Origin: Selaginella moellendorffii
Lineage: Eukaryota > Plantae > Lycopodiophyta
Assembly (NCBI RefSeq): GCF_000143415.4
Contig: NW_003314262.1
Location: forward strand, 3,725,799-3,789,798
Reading direction: 5' to 3'
Length of the DNA stretch: 64,000 nt
The notes beneath the pieces are model-generated. The model was not told the DNA's origin, searched no databases, and saw only the letters and a list, made by a program, of their open reading frames with translations. A program made the position numbers and the translations under genes. Shown here piece by piece: positions 27,202 to 36,300 of the stretch; the stretch's first letter is position 1, and each line of letters begins with the position of its first letter.

Positions 27202-29814
27202 CATACTTGCATTCTAACCGGTACGATTAATAAAAAATGCCGTTTAAAACGCGCGTATAATACGGCATATAATATGGCGTTTAAACACCAAGAATATTTT
27301 TAAAAAATCCTAAAGAATATGCTTTCTTTTACTTAGGATTAGGGTTCCTGTATCGCAGGATCCAGAAGCGATAGGATTAGGGTTCCTGTATCGCAGGATC
27401 CAGAAGCGAAGCGCTGAGGTAAGTCTGGGATGGGGGCAGGAAGGCAGCCATGCTGGAGTTGGGCTCATGTTCTGAAACTGAGGCCAATATCCGAGACAAG
27501 CCATGGCGTGAGTCCATGGAAGTGTAAGTATTGCTTGAATACTTACACCGGCGCAGCTGAACGAGTTCGCGCTCACCTTGGGGGTGTGAAAGGAAGGAAT
27601 GTAGAGATTTGTACAGGATAGGTGCCACTGGAAGTGGTGAACAAGGCTCGGGCATCTTTTAATCGTGTGGAGCTCACGAAGAGCTCCATGATTGCAGCAA
27701 GTCCCCAAGCGAGACTTGCCTTAGCTCACGAGATTGAGGTCGGTGAGGTGAGCGGCGGTGCCAGCTGCGGGGCAAGTGGTGGGGCTACTGGAGGGCTGGG
27801 CGAGGCAAGCAGCGGCAGCGTTCCACTTTCTGGGAGCAGCAGTCTTAAACGAAGTGCTGCACCAGCGCTGGATGGTGACATTCAAAAGATGATGAAGTCT
27901 GCAAAGGTTCAATGTTTGGATGATGCCGTGGCCAAGTTCTTCTATGTTGAAAATATCCCTTTCAACACCATTCGGAGGCCAAATCTGAGGAAGTTGCTTC
28001 AAGCTGCTATCGACTTTGGCCTTGGAGCTCTTGCACAGATGATGGGATATGAGAAGCTGCGAAGTACACAGCTGAAGAAGGTTTATGATAGTGTCAATGC
28101 TCGACTTGAACCAATCCGTGAGGGGTGGAGAAGATATGGAGTTATCATCGTCACCGATGGCTAGTCTGACAACCGTAGCCGATCCGTGATCAACTTCATG
28201 GCCTCCAACGTCCAGGGTTCGGTTTTCTTGAAGTCTGTAGATTCCGAGGGCAGGACAAAGACGGGAGAGTGGATTTGGGTCGAGCTGAAAAAAGTGATTC
28301 AAGAAGTTGGCGAAGAAAACGTTGTTCAGGTGATCACTGACAATGCATCAAATTGTGTGCAAATGGGAGAACTCATGACAACTGAGTATCCTCACATTCT
28401 CCACAGCCGGTGTGTGTGCCACGTCTTGGACCTTCTCTTCGAAGACATCGGGAGCTTGTCATGGGTAAAACCATTGGTGAAAGGCTGCAACGAGGTGGTA
28501 ACTTTTATCACCAAAAAACCTCGTGTTCTGGCTTTGTTTCGGAAGCTGAGCAATCGGGATCTCATCAAGCCGGTAAGCACAAGGTTCGCTTACATGTTTC
28601 TAGTGATGTCTCAGCTCCTGAATCTGACGACCTTGGAGGCATTGAAGGAGATGGTTGTGAGCTCCGGAGTGGCGGCGATTGGACGTCACAAAGACCGCCA
28701 AAGCCCAGCGCATTCGAACTCGGATCTTAGAAGAGACTCCGAACTCTTTCTGGACTAGGTGCCAGCACTTGTTGGTGCTGCTTGGACCGCTCCTCAAGGT
28801 CTTGAAGCTTGCGGACTGGGAAGGGGCAACTTTGGGTCTCATTTTCGAGGCTATGGACCGGATGAATGAGAAGCTTTCAGAGGCTGTTGAGACTGGGATT
28901 TTAGTCGAGGAAGAGGTCGAGGAGATCAACAGGTTCATGATGGAGGATCATGGTGAGGGAGGTCGGAAAGCAGCTTGTTGGTTCCAGATGCATTCGATCT
29001 TGCATGGAGCTGCTTTTGATTTGAACCCAGCTTTTCTTCATCTCCCTCTCGACCAGGAGGCTCAGGAAGATTTTGTGGAGTACCTAGAGTTGTATTGCAA
29101 AGGAGATCGAGGACTTCAACACAAGCTGCTGCACGAGTTTCAAAGTTTCCATCAACAACTTGGCCGTTTGTTCTCTTCGGAGGCAACAAAGCAGGTGCAT
29201 ATAAATTGTTTGTTTATCAACTTTTTAGACTGATTCTTTTGTATAGATGGAGAACCGAAAACACCTGGTGAGTTGGTGGAGCAACTTTGGTTCAGGCACA
29301 CCAGAACTTCAAAGGCTTGCTTTACGGATCTTAAGTCAGCCAGTTTGTGCTTCACCATGCGAGCGAAACTGGAGTTCATGGAGCATGATCCAGACGAAGA
29401 GGAGGTCTCGACTACTCTTCAAAAACTTGGAGAAGCTGGTTTTTGTGCACACAAATATGTGTGTCATACAGAAGATCAAGTCCAGGAGTTTGAGGCTTAT
29501 CGAGCATGATCTTGATAACCTTGAGCTTGAACCTCAGTGGCAAAGGATCCTTGCACTTCAGGAGGTTGTTGAAGAACCTCTTCAACAACCTGATGACGAT
29601 GGCGCTAGTGGTGATGATGTTCTAGATTCGGAGGATGAAGATTAGATTAAAACTATATTATATTATGTTAAACTTTTTTTAGTAACAGTTAATTATTTTT
29701 TAATTATATTAAAACTGAAAACCATTATACCCGTTCAAAAAAAAGCTAAACAGGTATTAAACATTCAATACCCGTTCGAATCCAGTTGGGTTCGAATGTT
29801 CGGATGCAAGTATG
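27202..29814 (+). mobile_element. hAT DNA transposon, full length, transposase disabled
   Basis: 17-bp TIRs (catacttgcattctaac / gttcggatgcaagtatg, 2 mismatches). Perfect 8-bp TSD gttctcat at 27194-27201 and 29815-29822. Empty-site paralogues at 36477 and 41568. A 39-bp subterminal tandem repeat lies at 27333-27410. Confidence 0.95.
27430..29645 (+). pseudogene. hAT transposase pseudogene (BED finger, DUF659 core, dimerisation domain)
   Basis: WAHV..WKCKYC..AHL, IVTDG*, VVQVITDNASN, CVCHVLDL and WWSNFG..PELQRLALRILSQ..SPCERNWS. In-frame stops at about 27619 and 28162, and a frameshift near 28675. Confidence 0.9.
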
Positions 29815-29964
29815 GTTCTCATTGAGTTTTTCAGCTATTGATTCTCACCATCAGCAATCTCTTTGCTGGAAGGTCTTTCTCCTCAGAATCTAAATCTGAA
29901 TGGAAAAGCTTCGTGTTTTGAAAATAGAGCTACAAAACGATAGCAATGCATCAGCCGTCAAATA

Positions 29965-30332
29965 GCATTCTCTAAATTCCTGTACTCCAGATTCTCCCTC
30001 GATCCTTCACTATAAGAAACCTTCACCATCGCTTCTTTGCGCAATTCAGCTCCAGTGATTCATGCAAATGCGGCGTCTTACAAAGACTATTCTGTGAAGT
30101 TAGAGAAGCCCTCCAGGGACTTCCATTCAAAGCGCCGTGATTCCCGGCAGGAAAGCGTTCTCTCGCTGTGGCAGTTCCAGAATGGTCAGTCGTGATCTAT
30201 ATGCCTCCACCAAGCGCAAGCCCCCAGCGATCGCCCAGCTCCAAACTCGTTTAAAGGTTTGCTAAATCTCTCTGAATTCTTTCCTTGCTTTATACTGCTG
30301 GTGCGAGGCATTGTGCACTGCGATAGCACTAG
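29965..30332 (-). repeat. Inverted partial copy of the array-unit segment 33560-34100
   Basis: For example gcagttccagaatggtcagtcg (30171) is the reverse complement of cgactgaccattctggaactgc (33741). The match extends through the pirin fragment. Confidence 0.85.
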
Positions 30333-31377
30333 AGCATACCAGTGGTAGAAAGACGGCACCAGTGTCAAAGTCATAGCCATGGGCATCTCGTCGCTATATA
30401 CCTTGACGTAAGCATGCAGGAGGTGAGCCACGGTGACGGTGTCGTCATGGTGTGGAACGATTCGGTCCTCGGACACACCTTGTAGGTTCGTGCTCTGCAT
30501 CGCCGGGCAGCCTCTCAACTAGCACGGCCCCTTCGTCATGAACACGCGGGAGGATATAATAATAGAGGGGATCCGGGACTACAAAGGCTTTAGGATTGGA
30601 TTTAGAAGGCTGCTCAGTGCTCTTGCGTGTGATTGTTTTATAAACTTAAGTTTGAAACTAAAAGATTTGGTGCTTGTCGCAAGAGATTTCAATCGCTCAA
30701 GTAGGCGTGCAAGGATCTCGCAGTGAGGATGGACGCGCTGAAAGTGGTATCTTTAAATTCATCCATACTAGTTTCTTTTTTTCCTCTTTAGAATTGTTCT
30801 GTTCATTGCTAAATGTTTGATAAACCGACCCTTGCGGAAAAAAAATTCTGGCTGGGCATCAGGGCGAGAATGCTCTCAGAACCTTTCTTCGTCACGGAAG
30901 CAGCAAGCCACATTGTTGTGGCTTTATATTTCCTGCCAGCCTCGTCTAGAAATTAAGGTGACGGACTGCAGCTCTGAGGGGCTAATAAGACCTTCTTTCA
31001 CTTCGTTGCGTCTTTCTTTGCTCCAGATCAATCTCCTCCTGCACACACCAAACAATCACCACAAGAACTTCGAAGTATCAAAGACAGCGGATTGCCAGAA
31101 ACCAGACATCAAACAATTTTTACTAAAACCGTTCAGCCTGACAAGCCAGAAAATTTTAAACCATGGGTGATCTTGTTGGGATACCTTTCCTGGCCCGCTT
31201 TCTAAATCCTTGAAGAGCAGGAGCTTTAGGCTTCTCAGGCTGGACAAGGCACTAACGCACATACTTCTTCGTTCATCCTCCTCGCCTCAGTGGCTTTCGT
31301 TTCCTGTTGCACTGAGCCTTCGCCTTGGGAGGCCGAAGGACCACTTGGGCTTGATGATCGTTGAGCTCACGACAGTC

Positions 31378-32312
31378 TCTATCATTCGGTTGTATTCGTG
31401 CAATTCGGGCCACCTTGCGAGGCTGAGCAAACGGTGACGAAATGTTCTCGTCCTGAGCCTGATCGACTTGGGGCTGCTGCAGATGCTCAAGCTCTCCTTG
31501 GCACTGGAGTTTACAGTAAAGCGAGCTTTGTGCAGGACCCTCCTGCAGTGGCGGCAGACTACTGAGTCTGGTTGCACGGAGATACAAGATCGGGTTTCTG
31601 TTGATTCTAAATGTTTCCAACCCCAATGTATCGATGACCCGTTTCGCGTCGCATACCTTGATGGCCTGCGACTAAGATCTGCAAAGTGTTCATGTGGTTG
31701 CTTCCATGATCGTCTCTGCATTCTTGGCTGAGTGGCACCTTGCACTCGATGCAGAACAGGTTCTTCCTGGGTGTGGAACTGGAGTGGCGTTTGAGGATAA
31801 TTTAGGTAACCTGGGGCACGACTTCTTGGGCAGCCATGAATTTGCCGAGCATCGGCTATGGCAGCGCAGGAGTCCCCAGACTAGATGCTCACGAGGCGCC
31901 TCCCAATCAAGGACATCCTGGCGGCGGTCCACCCTGGAGGAGAGATTGATCCAAAGCTGGAGACCACGCTGTACACCAGTGCTATCGCAGTGCACAATGC
32001 CAGCAGCCATCCAATAGAAGAAACTATCATGATAAAGCAAGAAAGAAAATCAGAGAGATTTAGTAAACCCTTAAGTCAACCAGCTTGAATAGCTTGAGTT
32101 TGGAGCTGGGCGGGCTTGCGCTTGATGGAGGCATAGATCGCGACTGACCATTCTAGAACTGCCTTGGAGGCCGACCGGGCTTGCGCTTGGGAGGCATCAT
32201 TTCGCTGGCCCCTTGCGAGGTCGACCGTGCTGCGCTTGGGAGGCGTGGCCAATAAGAACGCTTATTGGAGAACGCCTCCAATAAGCAGCGAGAGAACGCT
32301 TTCCTGGCGGGA
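31378..32312 (+). repeat. Extra partial copy of the array-unit segment (also at 32968-33930, 38100-38980, 43190-44050)
   Basis: Near-identical sequence, with shared ORF translations HRLLSLARWPELHE and TGVQRGLQLWINLSS in all four copies. Confidence 0.9.
31935..32020 (-). pseudogene. Pirin exon fragment (further copies at about 33520-33605, 38675-38760, 43765-43850)
   Basis: WM(T)AG.GIVH...GVQRGLQLWINLSS matches the conserved plant pirin segment WMTAGRGIVHSE...GLQLWINL. Internally deleted, and no other pirin exons are seen. Confidence 0.75.
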
Positions 32313-34236
32313 ATAATCTTGCTGGAAAAATAACCCTAAACCCTGAGAAGCAATTAAGAAAATTAAGATACCTCCAAAGCTAATCCACTACTAGTTATGT
32401 GGACCAATATACCAAGCAAGAGAAATCAAAAACCCTAGCAAGGCAAAGAATGAGCGGGGATGATGCATATGGTGGCATGGAATGAGCGTGGGTGATGTAT
32501 GGCATCACCATGAGGGGCATTGATTAAAAAGAATATTCTACTTGGGACATTTAGTTCACACTTTGACCATTCACAAGATCGTCATATATCTTGCTTAGAT
32601 ATACCTTCCCTTTTGGGAGGTATACCTTTCCCCTAATACTTGCAATCACATATTGCTTGCCATACCAAATGACTAATATATTTTTATTACACAAATTTTT
32701 TTCAAATAAACTTTGTAGAACTTTAAAAGTTTATATAGAATAATTACATTAAATCAATTTTCATGTTTATTGCCGCTACCTATAATATAAATTTCTAAGC
32801 ATAGATCATATTCAATTTTGACAAAATTTTTTATGAATATCACCATCCACCACTATATAATAATACTAGAAATCTAAGAAATATTGTAACATTTAAGCTA
32901 AACATAGGTTACAATTAAGTAAATGCATTTGGCTAACTCCCGCTGATGCATTAAAATCTTAAAATCTTCTCTATCATTCGGTTGCATTCGTGCAATTCGG
33001 GCCACCTTGCGAGGCTGAGCAAACGGTGACGAAATGTTCTCGTCCTGAACCTGATCGACTTGGGGCTGCTGCAGATGCTCAAGCTCTCCTTGGCACTGGA
33101 GTTTACAGTAAAGCGAGCTTTGTGCAGGACCCTCCTGCAGTGGCGGCAGAGATACAAGATCGGGTTTCTGTTGATTCTAAATGTTTCCAACCCCTATGTA
33201 TCGATGACCCGTTTCGCATCGCACACCTTGATTGCCAAAAGGCGGCCTGCGACTAAGATCTGCAAAGTGTTCATGTGGTTGAAAGTTCCATGATCGTCTC
33301 TGCATTCTTGGCTGAGTGGCACCTTGCACTCGATGCAGAACAGGTTCTTCCTGGGTGTGGAACTGGAGTGGCGTTGAAGGATAATTTATGTAACCTGGGG
33401 CACGAGCTCTTGGGCAGCCATGAATTTGCCGAGCATCGGCTATGGCAGCGCAGGAGTCCCCAGACTAGATGCTCACGAGGCGCCTCCCAATCAAGGACAT
33501 CCTGGCGGCGCTCCATCCTGGAGGAGAGATTGATCCAAAGCTGGAGACCACGCTGTACACCAGTGCTATCGCAGTGCACAATGCCTCGCGCCAGCAGTCA
33601 TCCAATAGAAGAAACTATCGTGATAAAGCAAGAAAAGAAAATCAGAGAGATTTAGTAAACCTTTAAGTCAACCAGCTTAAATAGTGCCTGTCGACGAGTT
33701 TGGAGCTGGGCAGGCTTGCGCTTGATGGAGGCATAGATCGCGACTGACCATTCTGGAACTGCCTTGGAGGCCGACCGGGCTTGCGCTTGGGAGGGCATCA
33801 TTTCTGGAGCTGGCCCCTTGCGACGTCGACCGTGCTGCGCTTTGGAGGCGTGGCCTCGAGAGAAACCATCTGTGGCATCGTCGCTGCGAGAGATTTCTTG
33901 AGCAGCGGGAGACCGCTTTCCTGGCGGGAATCACGGCGCTTTCAAATACAAACGTGGAGGAATTTGACAAGAAATGCTTCTGACCGAAGCGGGCTTATGC
34001 ATGACTCACCGGAGCGATGGCGGGCAAAGAAGCGAGTGTGAGGGTTTCTTAGATTGAAGGATCGATAGAGAATCTGGAGTACGTGAATTTAGAGAATGCG
34101 CGCGCCAAGTCATTTGGTTTTCTTTTGGTCTATACCCCAGAATCGTCAACCCAGATGCCCACCAGGCGCCTCCCAATCAAGGTCATCCTGGCGGCGCTCC
34201 AGCGGCCCCCGGGCCTCGTCCGCGACGCTTTGAATT

Positions 34237-34301
34237 AAAGCTAAACAGGTATTAAACATTCGATACCCGTTCAAATCCGGTTGTGTTCAGATGCAAGTAT
34301 G
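34237..34301 (+). mobile_element. Isolated right end of the hAT element
   Basis: aaagctaaacaggtattaaacattcgatacccgttc...atgcaagtatg matches 29741-29814. Absent from the equivalent position in units 2 and 3. Confidence 0.85.
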
Positions 34302-34790
34302 CTCCACACCACGCTGCTCAACATGTGCGTGGCCAGGTTAAGGCCCAGAAGCTCTTCGACCAGACGCTCGAGCCCAACAACATCACCTTCTCGACCTACG
34401 GCCACTTTGGAATGGAGCATCGAACAGGACGGCTACAAGCCCGACAGTGTCACCTTCACGCACGTCCTCTACACTTGCAGCCATGGCGGCTTCGTGGACC
34501 TTACAGCGACGCTGGGAAGTGGGACATGGCCGCCAAGGTCCACAAGTTGACATCACCGTGACCAGGGAATAAAGAAGCCCGGCAGCAGGAGCTGGATCGA
34601 GATCAATGGCAAGATGAACGAGCTAATTGTAAGCTATTCCTGGCACCTGTAACTAGATCTACCAGAGAAGTGATGAAACAATACGTCTACATACCTGATA
34701 CAAAGAATAAGGCTGCATGACGCCGAAGAGGATGAGAAGCAAGACATTCTCTACTTCCATAGCTAGAAGCTGGCTATGGGGCAAACTCCT
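34302..34790 (+). pseudogene. PPR C-terminal (E/E+) fragment; copies at 39300-39880 and 44390-44920
   Basis: GYKPDSVTFTHVLYACSHGG, YSDAGKWDMAAKV and GIKKPGSRSWIEINGKMNE, with frameshifts and deletions. Confidence 0.75.
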
Positions 34791-34843
34791 CCAAAGGCGA
34801 CCATCAGATTGATTGTTATTATTTATGTGAGTAATTCTGTTAC

Positions 34844-35659
34844 TTAGCACTGATTATCATTTTTAATATAGTCCACCTCTCCAGAGAAGTAGCTGGCTAT
34901 GGTGTCCCACGGATTTGGAAGACTATCATTGGTCACATAAACCCAGCCCACATTCTGCTGGTACGCACGATCAATAACATCTCCATAGTCAAAGCTTGAC
35001 ACATTCACATCCGTGACATTGTAGAACAGGGCATAAAAGTTATACCTCGAATACTTGCTCGTCCAGGAACTCTGAGTCATAGACAGCCCACCAACACCGC
35101 TCTCAAAAATACAAATCACATCGGCTACCCGAGAACCATTATAGAAGAGGTATGTCTCCAGGGTTGGAGCTCCGGGATTATTAACCACTAGAGAGCTCGA
35201 ATTCTTGGACTTCACGTAGTTGTAGAGGCTTTGATAGTAAGGCTGCTTCCCGTCTGTGTTGGCAACTTCGTCGAAGAAAATTCCATTGATAGTTGGATAG
35301 AAGCGGTACCACGTATCGACGTCGTCTTGGACCAAATTGGAAGCTCTGTTGCTGTAATTAGTCGAGACATAGCCGATAACCAGGCCTGTTTGGCGCTGGA
35401 GGGCCGTAATAACATTCTGGTAGCTTGATTGAGCTGCAGAGCCTGGACCATTGGACGGATTTGCGATTGCTACGATCCGGTTTGGTAGCGTGGTGGCAGC
35501 AGAATTGAGAGAAGACCATGCCTGGGAATTTGAAGTAGGATCGAAGTAGGCTGGTACCATGATCCTCATTTTTTCACATCTTTGGGACCACACTAACTGG
35601 CATGCAAGGCTGAGCACCTGGAAGAACAAGAGAGCAAGAGAAAGCATTTTCCTATTCAT
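34844..35659 (-). CDS. Spherulin-4 / glycoside hydrolase family 135-like secreted protein, copy 1
   Basis: Intronless, 271 aa from ATG 35659 (the track start at 35683 is TTG). Signal peptide plus family motifs VPAYFDP, IANPSNGPG, VIGYVSTNY, GIFFDEV, VVNNPG, ADVICIFE and GWVYVTND..NPWD. Confidence 0.88.
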   Translation of the reverse strand: MNRKMLSLALLFFQVLSLACQLVWSQRCEKMRIMVPAYFDPTSNSQAWSSLNSAATTLPNRIVAIANPSNGPGSAAQSSYQNVITALQRQTGLVIGYVSTNYSNRASNLVQDDVDTWYRFYPTINGIFFDEVANTDGKQPYYQSLYNYVKSKNSSSLVVNNPGAPTLETYLFYNGSRVADVICIFESGVGGLSMTQSSWTSKYSRYNFYALFYNVTDVNVSSFDYGDVIDRAYQQNVGWVYVTNDSLPNPWDTIASYFSGEVDYIKNDNQC

Positions 35660-35843
35660 GATCTTCAGGTTTTTCCTGAACAATGAGCTTCAAGATCAGG
35701 GTAAGATGGCTTAAGAACTCGATACTGAGTAGTTTCAAGCAGGACAGCTGTCATTGAACTTATGGCTCAAGTTAAGTAAGATCAACGGCAACTTCTTAAG
35801 TCAAAGCTCGTTACGTAAGCAAGACCAAACTTCGCAGCGAACA

Positions 35844-36300
35844 TGATAGCTCGACGTACCAGCAGTTCATGCATTGCTAGCAAAACACAATAAAAACACC
35901 ATAGAGAGAAAAGGAAATGCATCACCTTGCCAGTAGCTCAACTACAGATGGATCAAAGCCCATACTAAAAGAATTCTCCGGAACATAGCCTGGCAGCCGG
36001 AACCTTGAAGAAAACTACGGTACAACCGAGAAAGATCCTTCAGCGTTTCTGATTCTCCATCTTGAGGGCTGGTGCTCTCCTATTCTCCACCGCGGCGGCA
36101 GCCTCGTTGGTGGCATCGCTCGCTCGCCACAATCAAATTCACGGTGATGAGATTTGGTTGCCAGGTACGCCGTCAGATAATCTTGAATCCACAAATGCGA
36201 TTGCGGCATACCTTCCATCCAGAGGGAAGCTTCCCTGGTCCCACAAATTTGGGTCCCACAAATGGCTCAATGTCCTAGTCATAGGCGTCAGCCGCCATGT
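35844..36300 (-). pseudogene. Deleted copy of the TBC gene 5' region (upstream DNA, exon 1, exon 3, intron 3); copies at 40934-41400 and partially 45974-46133
   Basis: gatggatcaaagcccatactaaaagaattctccggaacatagcctggcagcc is identical to 25702-25753. The segment 36047-36300 matches 26420-26780. Confidence 0.9.
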
